From the NCBI GenBank assembly GCA_016176525.1, contig JACOWZ010000003.1, forward strand, positions 459,357 to 523,356: a DNA stretch of 64,000 nt, written 5' to 3'. Within the stretch, counting starts at the first letter, position 1, and each line of letters starts with the position of its first letter. This stretch comes from Candidatus Colwellbacteria bacterium (lineage in GTDB: Bacteria > Patescibacteriota > Minisyncoccia > UBA6257 > Colwellbacteraceae). Below the pieces are notes generated by a model. The model made no database searches. It had not been told where the DNA came from and was given only the letters and a program-made list of their open reading frames with translations. The translations under genes were made by a program, and so were the position numbers. Shown piece by piece: positions 44,473-54,705 of the stretch.

Positions 44473-46346
44473 TTAGAACTTGCAGGCGATAGCCTGTTTT
44501 GGTAGTACCATTCAAATACATCTCGTGCTATTGGCAGAGTGTTTGAACTGCCCTCCACGGCATCTTCTATAAGGATAAGTATTGCAATTGTCGGATTATC
44601 TGCGGGGGCATAACCAACAAACATTGCGTTTGTTTTTGTATTTAGGGCAGTTTGGGCACTGCCAGTTTTAGCTGCTACTTTTATTGGCAGCCCAGAGAGC
44701 ATATAAGCCGTGCCATAAGTACGAGAGACCGCGTCTTGCATGCCGATTTTTACTTCTTTTAAGGATTTTGCCATATCTGATACATCAAAAAGAAGTTCTT
44801 CGGGCCGATTCATATTTATTTTTGGGCGGTATACGAGTCCCTCGTTTGCAACGGCAATTATTGTATCTAAAATTTGCAGCGGCGTTATATTAAGGTCTCC
44901 CTGGCCGATTGATATGTTGTAAGTATCCCCAACTCTCCATGGAATACCTGTTCTTTTTTCTTTTTCTTCTGCGGTTGGCAGAAAACTTGTGGGTTCCACG
45001 CCTAAATCGATGCCGGTTTCACGGCCCAGCCCGAACAAGAGCCAATACTTGTTTAATCTTGTTATGCCGAGCGAATTTATTGGGTAGCTTGTACCCTGTA
45101 CAATACCGGCTTCGTTTTTAGGCAGACCGCCTCCCACGGTATAGAAAAAAATGTTAGAGGAGCGCGCAATGGCGGAGTATAAATTAACCCAACCGTGCGC
45201 TTTCCAATCCACAAAATAACTGGGATTATCTGGGAAGTATGGGTTTGGAATTTCTATCTGTCCACGCGAGTTTATTGATGCGGTTGTAGATATTACGCCC
45301 TCTTCCAAAGCCGCAGTTGCGTGCAGTGGTTTTATTGTAGAACCGGGGCTGTATAGCCCCGAAACCACGCGGTTAAAGAGCGGTTGGTTTTTCGCATTTA
45401 GATATTTAGAAATATTATCGGGTTCAAAGCTTGGCAAGCTTATTAGTGAAAGCACTTCACCGTTTTTTGGATTTATGGCTATTCCTGCGCCGGCTGTTTG
45501 CCCTTTCGTTTTCATATAAGCAAGCAACCTTTCATAAAAGTATTCTTGCAACTCGCCGTCTAATGTAGTTTGCAGCGTTTCGCCAGTCTCCGGCTCTTTT
45601 ATTAATTTTTCTTCTTGCTCGTTGAGCCTAGCATCTCTTAATATTATTTTTTCGCCGTGGCGCCCTAAAAGTATGTCGTTATAGTATTTTTCTAGGCCGG
45701 CTTTGCCGATAGAGTCTAAAAGATTAATTTTTTCGTTAGATTCAAGGTCTTCTTTTGTAGGAAGGCCAACATAGCCAAGTACGTGCGAAAATGCGGGGCT
45801 CACGTAGTGTCTTTTGTAATCGCCCTCAACACTAATTGAGTTTAGTGATAGGTCTTTAAGTTTTATTGCATCTGAAGTGGATATATCTTCGGCTATTTTA
45901 AGATTTATATTTTCCTCTAAGTTTGCGCTAGAGAGCTTGTCCTTAATCTCCATCTCTGGGATATTCAGTGTTTCTGATAGAGCTTTTAACGCCTCGTCTT
46001 TTTCGCCCATTTGAAGCATTACGCTTGGGTTTAGAAATGCGCTTAGAACAAACTTGTTTTCTAGTATGGGTTTGCCGAATCTATCCACTATTAGTCCGCG
46101 CTGTGCCAAAATAGGGATTTCTTTATGCATATTGCGTTCTGCCCTTGTTTTATAGAAGTTGCCTTTTGCAACTGCAAGAAAAAGCGCGTTTGCTAAAAAT
46201 AGCAAGCAGATTATCACTGTTACCGTAAAAATTGCTTTAAATAGTCCGGGTTTTAGCGGCAATTCAACGGGGTTTGGCTCTCTTTCTACGTCTGATACAA
46301 CTTCTTCAAAGTCTATGCCTCTATCTTTTCTGCGCATATTTATCAA
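44466..46346 (-). CDS. mrdA: penicillin-binding protein 2 (peptidoglycan D,D-transpeptidase)
   Basis: SxxK (GSTIKP), SxN and KTGSAQ motifs; adjacent to mreBCD. Confidence 0.85.
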   Translation of the reverse strand: MINMRRKDRGIDFEEVVSDVEREPNPVELPLKPGLFKAIFTVTVIICLLFLANALFLAVAKGNFYKTRAERNMHKEIPILAQRGLIVDRFGKPILENKFVLSAFLNPSVMLQMGEKDEALKALSETLNIPEMEIKDKLSSANLEENINLKIAEDISTSDAIKLKDLSLNSISVEGDYKRHYVSPAFSHVLGYVGLPTKEDLESNEKINLLDSIGKAGLEKYYNDILLGRHGEKIILRDARLNEQEEKLIKEPETGETLQTTLDGELQEYFYERLLAYMKTKGQTAGAGIAINPKNGEVLSLISLPSFEPDNISKYLNAKNQPLFNRVVSGLYSPGSTIKPLHATAALEEGVISTTASINSRGQIEIPNPYFPDNPSYFVDWKAHGWVNLYSAIARSSNIFFYTVGGGLPKNEAGIVQGTSYPINSLGITRLNKYWLLFGLGRETGIDLGVEPTSFLPTAEEKEKRTGIPWRVGDTYNISIGQGDLNITPLQILDTIIAVANEGLVYRPKINMNRPEELLFDVSDMAKSLKEVKIGMQDAVSRTYGTAYMLSGLPIKVAAKTGSAQTALNTKTNAMFVGYAPADNPTIAILILIEDAVEGSSNTLPIARDVFEWYYQNRLSPASSKI

Positions 46347-46716
46347 TTATATAAAACACAGCAAAAAATAAAGCTGTGTTGTAGATTGCGGTTTTTAGAA
46401 AGGCGATTAATTCAAAACCAATTAGTTGTGTAATTCCGGTTGCTATGATTATTGCAAAAAAGCCGCAGATCGGTTTTTTCCATGGCAGGTATTGGAGCGC
46501 CGCAATGCCGGAAAGGGCTGCGAAGGCAAAAAGTATTGCCTGCGGGTCTAACCCGGCATAGAATTTTACTGAAATTGCGGCAATAAGCACTAGTATTAGT
46601 CTCCTTGGCCAATCGCTAAATAAGGCCGACAATGCTATTACAAGGGCAAGCGTAACATTGGGCTGTATGGCGCCAGCGAGAATTATTATGCTCGCGCTAG
46701 CGACTAACTTGAACAT
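46321..46716 (-). CDS. mreD: rod shape-determining protein MreD (small polytopic membrane protein)
   Basis: hydrophobic 131-aa protein in the mreB-mreC-X-mrdA position. Confidence 0.45.
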   Translation of the reverse strand: MFKLVASASIIILAGAIQPNVTLALVIALSALFSDWPRRLILVLIAAISVKFYAGLDPQAILFAFAALSGIAALQYLPWKKPICGFFAIIIATGITQLIGFELIAFLKTAIYNTALFFAVFYIIDKYAQKR

Positions 46717-47341
46717 CCCTTAGTTTGTTTATCTCTACAGACGGCGCGATTAAAGCTTCTTTAAAAGGCATATTAATATCTTCTTGTATTTCTATTATAC
46801 GGCCGATATTAAGGCCATAAGGCAAGCCGGCGCTTGCAGTTAAAACTATGTCGCCGACTCTTACTTCACTTTCTTTTGGAATCATAGTTATTCTGGGGCT
46901 TGATCCGCCCTTTAAAAAGCCGTCTCTCTGCTCAGTGCCTATCCTAACAGCAAGTTCTATAGAGGGATCAAATATTGTTGACACTACGCTGTAAGTCGAG
47001 AAAACTTTTTTGACTACTCCAACAAATAAATTACGGTTTGAAACTATTGCAGCTGCTACCTCTAGGTTTGAAGAGCCCGCTTCTATTGCTATTTCTTGTA
47101 ATCCCCGCAAAGGATGGCTGCCATAAACTTTAAATGAGTCTGGTTGTGTAATCTCATCGTTGAATATTTCGGTTTTAAGGCTTTCAATTTGTATCTTAAG
47201 TTGTTCAATCTCTGACTGTAAATTATTTTCGCTATTTGGGAATATAAGAGAAGCTGCTTTTAATTTTAGGCCGGTGGGCGTTCCCCATATAAATATGCCC
47301 GTGAGCGCAATTATTGCTATTGTATAACTCCAAAAACGCAT
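46697..47341 (-). CDS. mreC: rod shape-determining protein MreC
   Basis: N-terminal TM plus coiled coil, then beta-rich domain; position after mreB. Confidence 0.6.
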   Translation of the reverse strand: MRFWSYTIAIIALTGIFIWGTPTGLKLKAASLIFPNSENNLQSEIEQLKIQIESLKTEIFNDEITQPDSFKVYGSHPLRGLQEIAIEAGSSNLEVAAAIVSNRNLFVGVVKKVFSTYSVVSTIFDPSIELAVRIGTEQRDGFLKGGSSPRITMIPKESEVRVGDIVLTASAGLPYGLNIGRIIEIQEDINMPFKEALIAPSVEINKLRDVQVSR

Positions 47342-47348
47342 AAAGTGT

Positions 47349-48389
47349 CTATATATTTACTACTCTAGGTTGCTGTTGATTTAGCAGTATATTTTTATAT
47401 GTTGGCATATCTTCTATTATAATCCCCAACCCTCTTACCGTGCAGGTTAATGGATCTTCAACAACTGCGGTTGCAACAGTTATTTCAGATGCAATGTATT
47501 TATCCAAACCCCTTAGTTTGCTTGTACCGCCGGTTAAATAAATTCCTCTTTTTAGAATATCTCCCACAAGCTCCGGAGGAGATTCTTCTATAAGAGTTTT
47601 TATCGCTTCTGTTATGCCTTTTAGCGATTTTTGGAGCATAGCTCTAACTTGAGTGTCGCGCAGGGTTATTTCTTTTGGAAGACCGGTACTAACGTTTCTG
47701 CCGCGTATTGTAATTTCCAATTTTTCCTGCAGAGGTATGGCAGAGCCAATATTCACTTTTATTTCTTCGGCTGTAGGTTCGCCTATAAGCACGCCAAATT
47801 CGTCTTTTATGCCCTTGATAATTTCTTCGTTGAACTTTTCTCCGGCTATCTTAAGGCTTTTTGATTTTACAGTTCCACCAACCGATATTATGGATATCTC
47901 TGTTGTTCCCCCACCCATGTCTATAATCATATTGGAGGTGGGTTCTTCTATGGGTAGCCTTGCCCCAATTGCAGCTGCAAGCGGCGCTTCTACCAAAAAT
48001 ACTCTGCCTGCTCCGGCGGAGACCACCGCGTCTTCTACAGATTTCCGCTCTACCTCTGTAAGATTTGTAGGCACGCTTATTGCCGCTGCATTAAAGCGCG
48101 AGAAAAAACCGCCTTTCCCGGCTTTCCGCAGAAAGTATTTTAATATTTCTTCAGTCATTTCAAAATCAGAAACCACGCCGTGGATTAGCGGTTTAATAAG
48201 CTTAATATGCTCCGGCGTGCGGTCCAGCATTTTTTTGGACTCCGCGCCGATGTTTAATATCTGGTTTGTCCTTTGGTTTACCGCAACCATTGTGGGTTCG
48301 TTTATAACTATTCCCTGTCCGCTCAAATAAAGCAGAGTGTTTGCGGTGCCTAAATCTACCCCAACGTTTTTATAAAAGTTTCTTAACAT
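47349..48389 (-). CDS. mreB: rod shape-determining protein MreB (actin-like ATPase)
   Basis: VGVDLGTANTLLY phosphate-1 motif; about 346 aa. Confidence 0.9.
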   Translation of the reverse strand: MLRNFYKNVGVDLGTANTLLYLSGQGIVINEPTMVAVNQRTNQILNIGAESKKMLDRTPEHIKLIKPLIHGVVSDFEMTEEILKYFLRKAGKGGFFSRFNAAAISVPTNLTEVERKSVEDAVVSAGAGRVFLVEAPLAAAIGARLPIEEPTSNMIIDMGGGTTEISIISVGGTVKSKSLKIAGEKFNEEIIKGIKDEFGVLIGEPTAEEIKVNIGSAIPLQEKLEITIRGRNVSTGLPKEITLRDTQVRAMLQKSLKGITEAIKTLIEESPPELVGDILKRGIYLTGGTSKLRGLDKYIASEITVATAVVEDPLTCTVRGLGIIIEDMPTYKNILLNQQQPRVVNI

Positions 48390-49581
48390 TATTTATTGAT
48401 ACTAGTTTTGTTTTACTGCTGTTTCTTTGCTTTAGTTCAATTTTCCCCTTAGTTTTTTGGCTTATTACCGCCCTGTAAGGAATACCGAGCAAATCTGAAT
48501 CTGCGAATTTCTCGCCAGCTGTTGTATCGCGGTCATCATAGAGTATATTATCCTTCTTGTCCTGTAAACTCTTATAAGCCTTAGTTGCTAGTCCTTTCTT
48601 AAGTTCTATTAGGTGTAGTTTAAATGGGGCGACTTTCTCCGGCCAGAGTAAACCGCGATTATCTCTATTAATTTCTGCAAGCGTGCCCATAATACGGCTG
48701 ATGCCTATACCGTAGCAGCCCATTACAGCCTCCAGTTCCTCGCCGGATTTTGTTTTGTATTTTACTGCAAAAGGGCTTGAATATTTTGTGCCCAGCTTAA
48801 ATATATTGCCAACTTCAATGCTATTTGATTTTTGTATTTCGCCTTTGCCGCATTTGGGGCAAGCGCCTTCTCTAATTTTTGCAATTTCTTTGTTCTGCGA
48901 AAATCCACACGCTTTGCAGTAAAATATTTCGTCTTCACCAATATCGGAGAGAGCTTGGAACTCATGCGAGTATTTAGAGAATGTGCCGCCGCTAGCCTCG
49001 GTTAATAGGGCTTTTATGCCAAGCCGTTTAAATATGCGTTTGTAGGCGTTTAACGCTTTTGCATAAAATTTCTCTAAATCTTTTTCGTCCGTATGGAAAC
49101 TGTAGAGATCTTTCATTAAAAATTCTCTGCCACGCAAAATACCGGATTTTGCCCGCGGTTCGTTACGGAATTTCGTTTGTATTTGGTAAAAATATGCAGG
49201 CAAGTCTCTATATGAGCTTATTTGTTTTTTTGCGATGGGAGCAATAATTTCCTCGTGGGTAGGGCCCAAAGCAAACCACTTGCCGCCGTGGCCCTCTACT
49301 TTGTATAGAATATCAAGAGTCTCCCACCTACCTGTAGTTTGCCAGTTCTCTTTTGGATGCAAAACAGGCATTAAAAGCTCGTTTGCGCCCAAAGAGTTCA
49401 TTTCTTCGCGAATAATAGCAGTAATATTTTCTAAAACCCTAAGGCCCAACGGAAGATACGAATATATGCCGGCCGCCTCTTTATTTATAAACCCGCCGCG
49501 TACAAGCAGTTTTGCGCCTTCTGTTTCTTCATCGGAAGGTGCTTTGTGAGATGTCTTTATAAATAATTCTGATTGCCGCAT
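48370..49581 (-). CDS. proS: prolyl-tRNA synthetase (compact form; zinc-ribbon-like CxxC...CxxC insertion in place of the editing domain)
   Basis: class II motif 2 YQIQTKFRNEPRAKSGILRGREFLMKDLYSFH matches the ProRS sequence as I recall it; insertion CKACG...CPKCG. Confidence 0.75.
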   Translation of the reverse strand: MRQSELFIKTSHKAPSDEETEGAKLLVRGGFINKEAAGIYSYLPLGLRVLENITAIIREEMNSLGANELLMPVLHPKENWQTTGRWETLDILYKVEGHGGKWFALGPTHEEIIAPIAKKQISSYRDLPAYFYQIQTKFRNEPRAKSGILRGREFLMKDLYSFHTDEKDLEKFYAKALNAYKRIFKRLGIKALLTEASGGTFSKYSHEFQALSDIGEDEIFYCKACGFSQNKEIAKIREGACPKCGKGEIQKSNSIEVGNIFKLGTKYSSPFAVKYKTKSGEELEAVMGCYGIGISRIMGTLAEINRDNRGLLWPEKVAPFKLHLIELKKGLATKAYKSLQDKKDNILYDDRDTTAGEKFADSDLLGIPYRAVISQKTKGKIELKQRNSSKTKLVSINNVKKLL

Positions 49582-49593
49582 ATTACTAGTGTC

Positions 49594-50595
49594 TTATGTT
49601 AAGAGTTTGGCAATGTCGCTTATGGTGACAATTATCGCAAGTAGTATAAGAAGACCGAACCCAACTGCGTTTGCAAGGTACTCGGTTTTCTGGTTTAGGC
49701 GCCGGCCAAGTATTTTTTCTGCGACCACAAAAGAAAGCCTGCCGCCGTCTAATGCCGGTATAGGCAAAATATTAAACACGGCTAAGTTAAGCGAAAGGAT
49801 TCCGGCCAGCTGCACTAAAAATATTGTTCCCATCTCGGAAGTGGACTTAACAATACCGAATATTCCAACTGGCCCGGCAACGCTATCCAATACCTCACCG
49901 CCGTTAAATAAGCTAATTACTATTCCTCCAAGAGCTTGGAATATTGCGCCTATTATATATACCGATGTTGTAAAACCTAGCTTTAACCCGTGAAGTACCC
50001 CGCGGCCATACATAGTTTCTGAAATTGTTACGCCAATTCTTCCTTCGCTTTCTGTAAATTCTGTTCTAGGTGTAACCTCTTTGCTGTTTAAGGTTATTGC
50101 TTTACCCTCGTTTTGCGCAAGATATGTTTGAAAGCTCTCCAGTGATTCAAAGCCTGTTATAATTTCACCGGGCTTAAGGCCCGCTTGCATAGCTGGGCTA
50201 TCTTCTAAAACTGAAATTATTTTTATGCCTTTTGGTTCTGTACCTATCGCAAACACAGCGCTAAGCGCTAGCCAGCCAATAAGAAAGTTCATTGCCACGC
50301 CTGCTACTAAAATTACTGTTTTTTTCCATATCGGCTGAGCGGCAAAACTGCGCTTTTCATCTTCTGGGGTTTCTGCCTGTTCTTTATTTTCGCCAAATAT
50401 TTTTACAAATCCGCCGAAAGGGACTGCATTTATACTATATTTTGTTTCGCCTATTTTTTTAGAAAAAACCCTTGGTGGGAAACCAATCCCAAATTCCTCT
50501 ACCTTAAGCTTGAATAGCTTCGCCGCAATAAAATGGCCGAATTCGTGGCCGATAATAAGTAGTCCTATTAATCCTATAAATGTGAGTATCAGCAT
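49594..50595 (-). CDS. rseP: site-2 protease (M50, RseP-like) with PDZ domain
   Basis: HEFGHF zinc motif at the N-terminus; PDZ segment; C-terminal TM helices. Confidence 0.8.
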   Translation of the reverse strand: MLILTFIGLIGLLIIGHEFGHFIAAKLFKLKVEEFGIGFPPRVFSKKIGETKYSINAVPFGGFVKIFGENKEQAETPEDEKRSFAAQPIWKKTVILVAGVAMNFLIGWLALSAVFAIGTEPKGIKIISVLEDSPAMQAGLKPGEIITGFESLESFQTYLAQNEGKAITLNSKEVTPRTEFTESEGRIGVTISETMYGRGVLHGLKLGFTTSVYIIGAIFQALGGIVISLFNGGEVLDSVAGPVGIFGIVKSTSEMGTIFLVQLAGILSLNLAVFNILPIPALDGGRLSFVVAEKILGRRLNQKTEYLANAVGFGLLILLAIIVTISDIAKLLT

Positions 50596-51137
50596 TAGTT
50601 TTGTATTTCTTTAATTTTGCTCTCAACCATACTGTCAATTTGCTCGTTTACGGAATCTATTTCTTTCTGGATGTTTTCTTTTATTCTGAATTTTTCGTCT
50701 TTGTCTTTTGTGCCTGTTTCTGCTTTCTTTTTGATGTCGTCTCTTGTTGTTCTTATTCTTATGCGTATATTCTCTGTCATTGATTTTGCGGTTTTAATAA
50801 GTTCTTCTTGCCTTTCAGATGTAAGTTCCGGCATTTTCAGTCTTATTGAGTTGCCTTGGTTTGATATGGAGTATCCTAGTTTTGCCTCTTCCAATGCTTT
50901 TTGGATGGTTTGTAGAGAGGCTTTGTCCCATGGCGAAACTATTATATCCCGCGGCGGTTCCACACTAAGGGATGCTAATTGTTTTATAACAAGCTGGGTG
51001 CCCATATAGTCTACTTTAATATTCTCTATTGGGGCTGCTGTAGGCCTATTTGTGCGTATCTTTAGTAGCTCCTCTTTTAGAGAAGATACGGCTTGCTCCA
51101 GTTTCTGTTTTAGTTCTTTTATATATTCGCTATTCAT
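50595..51137 (-). CDS. frr: ribosome recycling factor
   Basis: about 180 aa with the RIRTTRDD block. Confidence 0.85.
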   Translation of the reverse strand: MNSEYIKELKQKLEQAVSSLKEELLKIRTNRPTAAPIENIKVDYMGTQLVIKQLASLSVEPPRDIIVSPWDKASLQTIQKALEEAKLGYSISNQGNSIRLKMPELTSERQEELIKTAKSMTENIRIRIRTTRDDIKKKAETGTKDKDEKFRIKENIQKEIDSVNEQIDSMVESKIKEIQN

Positions 51138-51148
51138 AATTTATTATT

Positions 51149-51973
51149 CTAATTTAGTGCTGCTTCTAATTGCATCCGCTTGTTTGTATTATATTCTTTA
51201 ATCAGGCTTATTCGTCTTAGAATTTTACCGATTTGTTTATAATTTTCTCTAACATTCGCACTCATTATTGTAACTAAACTATATAAAAACGGCAGAATTT
51301 TTTCTTTGTTTTCTGCACTTGATAGTTCGGCAACAACTTTTGCGCGGTTAGTCTGGTTTTTTAAATAAGACTTTGCCAGAGATTCAGATTCTTTTAATGA
51401 TTTATCTGTAAGAAGCGCAATAGCTCTCCCCGGCCGACCGAAAGACGTTTTGGAGATTTTATCGGCTTCTTCGGCGTTCAGACTGTAGTTTTCTTTAAGC
51501 AATATAGATATTTCTGACTCTGTAACTGTTGGAAAGTAGATCTTTTGGAACCTTGAGTTTAGTGTAGGCAAGAGGTTCTCTGTGTTTGAAGATATAAGCA
51601 CCAAAAGCCCATGTTCCGGCGGCTCTTCGGCTATTTTTAATATTGCGTTTTGGGCCTGATATGTTAGGGCATCCGCATTGTCTATTATAGCCATTCTATA
51701 TCTGGAACTTATAGGCTTTTGATAAAGAGCGATTTTTAGATCGCGGATTTCTTCTATGCCTATTGAGTCGTTTACCGGTTTTAAGATTAAACACTCTCTT
51801 AGCTGTCTTGTAGGGGTTTCAAATTTATTATTTTCCAAAAGACTTGCAAGAGCCGAAGCAAAAGTGTATTTGCCTACTTGCGGTTCTCCAAAGAAAATGT
51901 AGGCATGCGAGAGTTTGTTCTCTTTCGCGAGTTTCTTAAATATTTTTTCTATATTTTTATGGCCTATAATCAT
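51149..51973 (-). CDS. holB: DNA polymerase III delta-prime subunit-like AAA+ clamp-loader protein
   Basis: LSHAYIFFGEPQVGKYT P-loop-like motif and NSRFQ (SRC-like) motif. Confidence 0.55.
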   Translation of the reverse strand: MIIGHKNIEKIFKKLAKENKLSHAYIFFGEPQVGKYTFASALASLLENNKFETPTRQLRECLILKPVNDSIGIEEIRDLKIALYQKPISSRYRMAIIDNADALTYQAQNAILKIAEEPPEHGLLVLISSNTENLLPTLNSRFQKIYFPTVTESEISILLKENYSLNAEEADKISKTSFGRPGRAIALLTDKSLKESESLAKSYLKNQTNRAKVVAELSSAENKEKILPFLYSLVTIMSANVRENYKQIGKILRRISLIKEYNTNKRMQLEAALN

Positions 51974-52980
51974 TAATTTTTGTTCAAAAGTGCCCTCTTA
52001 TATACTCCTAGGTGATCTAATATTATTCCCGAGCCCTTGGCAACGCATAAGATTGGATCTTCCGCTATATAAGACTGCACGCCAAGCAGCCGTTTGAAGA
52101 ATTCTTCAATGTTGCGGAGCTGCGCGGAACCGCCAGAGACTATTATCCCCTTTTCCATTACGTCTGCCACAAGTTCCGGCGGAGTTTCGTTAAAAACCGC
52201 TTGTATAGAGCTTATTATTTCAGATAAGAGGGGGTTTAGGGCTTCTGCTATTTCGTTGGATGTAACGCTTAAATCTCTTGGAAGGCCGGAGGCTATGTCT
52301 CTGCCTCTGAATTTAAATTCAATTTTGCTTTTTAAGGGCAGTGCCGAGCCGGCGCCTATTTTTATTGCTTCTGCGGTTTGTTCTCCGATAGAAATTCCGT
52401 ATTTTTTCTTTACATAGTTCATTATAGCCTCGTCAAACTTATTTCCAGCAACTCTTAAGCTCGCCCATTTTACTATTCCACCGAGAGAAATTACTGCGAC
52501 TTCAGATGTGCCGCCACCAATATTGATTATCATATTTCCGGAAGAAGAGTTTATCGTTATGCCGGCGCCTAGCGCTGCCATAAGCGGTTCGCGGACAACA
52601 TATGCATTTTTTGCGCCTGCTTCCATTGCCGCATTTATCACTGCTCTGCGTTCTGTTGCAGTAATTCCGGCAGGCACGGATATTACAACCTCTGGCCTGA
52701 ATAAATTAAACTTTCCGACAGCTTTTCCTATAAAATAGCGCAACATTGCGCGTGTTATGTAGTAGTCTGCTACAACGCCATCTTTAAGGGGCTTGTATGC
52801 GGCAATGTCGCCCGGAGTTCTCCCTATCATTTCTTTCGCCTCGCGTCCGACGGCGAGCACCGAGTTGTCGGGAATATTTAGAGCTACAATGGTGGGCTCG
52901 TTTATAACAAAACCCTTGCCGGGTACAAAAACTACAGTATTTGTGGTGCCTAAATCTATGCCGATTCTTCGCGTTAACAT
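51973..52980 (-). CDS. second MreB/Mbl-like actin homologue
   Basis: IGIDLGTTNTVVF phosphate-1 motif; paralogous to the 47349..48389 gene. Confidence 0.8.
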   Translation of the reverse strand: MLTRRIGIDLGTTNTVVFVPGKGFVINEPTIVALNIPDNSVLAVGREAKEMIGRTPGDIAAYKPLKDGVVADYYITRAMLRYFIGKAVGKFNLFRPEVVISVPAGITATERRAVINAAMEAGAKNAYVVREPLMAALGAGITINSSSGNMIINIGGGTSEVAVISLGGIVKWASLRVAGNKFDEAIMNYVKKKYGISIGEQTAEAIKIGAGSALPLKSKIEFKFRGRDIASGLPRDLSVTSNEIAEALNPLLSEIISSIQAVFNETPPELVADVMEKGIIVSGGSAQLRNIEEFFKRLLGVQSYIAEDPILCVAKGSGIILDHLGVYKRALLNKN

Positions 52981-53032
52981 TTAAGTAATTCTAGAATATC
53001 TGGTTTAAGGGCGGGTGTCAAAACTAAACTAT

Positions 53033-54535
53033 CTAGAATAATTTGATTTTTGCTCCTAGAGAATTGAGTTTTTTGTGTATGTCTTCGTACCCGCGGTTTA
53101 TTGAATATACGTCGCGTAGAATTGAAGTACCCGGTGCGGCGAGCATTGCCAAAAGTATTATCGCTGCAGGACGAAGCGCAGGCGGGGCAACTATTTCTGC
53201 GGGCTTAAATTTAGTCGGCCCGATTATTTGCACTCTATGCGGGTCTATAAGATTTATTTCTGCACGCAGTTTAGAGAGTTCAGTATAGTGTATAGCTCTG
53301 TTTTCGTATATCCAATCGTGTATTAGAGTTGTCCCTTCTGCAATACATGCAATTGGCACAAAAAAGGGCAGGTTGTCTATGTTTAGGCCCGGATATGGCA
53401 AGGGGTGAATTTTATCATCCGGCGCACGGAGTTTAGACGGGTATGTTTTAATATCTACTAAATTAGTATATCCGTTTTTAGCTTTATAGGTTTTAGAGAC
53501 CTTAAATTTAAAGCCCATTTTTTCCAGTTTTAAAAGCTCCACGCCTAAAAAGTCTATAGGGCATCTTTTAATTTCAATTGACGAGCTGGTTAGCACAGCC
53601 GCAGTAATGTATAGCATAGAGTCAATGGGGTCTTCGCTTATGTAATACTCAATATTTTTCTTTATTTCAGGGTTGCCATGTATCGTTAAATTATGTGTTC
53701 CTATCCCCTCTATTCTTACACCGCATTTTTCCAAAAACCAGCAAAGTTCTTGCACTTGATAGTTAGATGAGGCAAAGGTTATAGCTGTTGTTCCATTTAT
53801 GCGCGCTGCGGCCATAATGGCGCTCCCGGTTGCGGTATCTCCGGTTTCGTACATTACTATATTTGCGGGAGTTAGTTTATTTTTAACTGTAATTTTGTAG
53901 TTTTTACTGTCTGTTTCTATATCTACGCCAAGATTTTGCAGGGCATAAAAATGCGGGCGCACAGTACGTTTGCCAAGCCTGCACCCGCCGGCATGCGGCA
54001 GTTTAAAACTCTTTAGTTTATGTATTAGCGGCGCTATTAAAAGAATGGCGCTGCGGGTTTTAATTGCTGATTCAACATTAAGGTTTTTTAAGTCGATTTT
54101 TTTAGGTGGAACGATTTCTACACTCCGCGGAGCTATCCATTTTATTTTTGCACCGATACTTATTAAAACTTCTATTATTCGGTTTACTTCTTCAATTTTA
54201 GGCACATCGTGCAAAGTAGTTTTGCCTTCGTTCAAAAGTGATGCGCAGAGCAAAAAAACGGCGCCGTTTTTGGAAGAGTTTGTGGTAACCGAGCCGGAGA
54301 GCGTAGTTGGGCCCTCTATCTTAAAATTTATAGATTTTGGGGTGGCGATAAGTTCACGGTTGAATATGCCGCTTATTTTTACGAGTGTCTCCGCACTTAA
54401 GTTTTGTTTGCCGGCTTCAATTCGGGCAACTGCGCTTTGTGTTGTGTGTAGCGCGCGCGCGAGTTCGTCTTGGGTCATTCCGCGGCTGGCGCGCAGTCCG
54501 GCTATAAAATGCCCTAGTTTTTTAATGTCAGCCAT
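53033..54535 (-). CDS. murA: XRE-type HTH domain fused to UDP-N-acetylglucosamine 1-carboxyvinyltransferase (MurA)
   Basis: N-terminal Cro/C1-type HTH (GMTQDELARALHTTQSAVARIEAGKQNLS); MurA blocks SKNGAVFLL and active-site LPHAGGCRLGKRTVRPH. Confidence 0.7.
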   Translation of the reverse strand: MADIKKLGHFIAGLRASRGMTQDELARALHTTQSAVARIEAGKQNLSAETLVKISGIFNRELIATPKSINFKIEGPTTLSGSVTTNSSKNGAVFLLCASLLNEGKTTLHDVPKIEEVNRIIEVLISIGAKIKWIAPRSVEIVPPKKIDLKNLNVESAIKTRSAILLIAPLIHKLKSFKLPHAGGCRLGKRTVRPHFYALQNLGVDIETDSKNYKITVKNKLTPANIVMYETGDTATGSAIMAAARINGTTAITFASSNYQVQELCWFLEKCGVRIEGIGTHNLTIHGNPEIKKNIEYYISEDPIDSMLYITAAVLTSSSIEIKRCPIDFLGVELLKLEKMGFKFKVSKTYKAKNGYTNLVDIKTYPSKLRAPDDKIHPLPYPGLNIDNLPFFVPIACIAEGTTLIHDWIYENRAIHYTELSKLRAEINLIDPHRVQIIGPTKFKPAEIVAPPALRPAAIILLAMLAAPGTSILRDVYSINRGYEDIHKKLNSLGAKIKLF

Positions 54536-54589
54536 AGTACGCGAATTATAGCATATGTGCTATATTTAACATAATTTGGTTGTTTGAGG

Positions 54590-54702
54590 CTCCCCAAACC
54601 CACAGTATCTCGAGTCACCGGCGTAAAATTCTTACTGAATTTTCGCCTTTTTCTCGCACCGTCGTGCTCCGAAGATGACTCTCGACACAATGGGTTCGGT
54701 TC
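54590..54702 (+). repeat. copy 4 of the structured intergenic repeat
   Basis: about 95% identical to copy 2; ends 4 nt from the map stop but on the opposite strand. Confidence 0.8.
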
Positions 54703-54705
54703 GCT

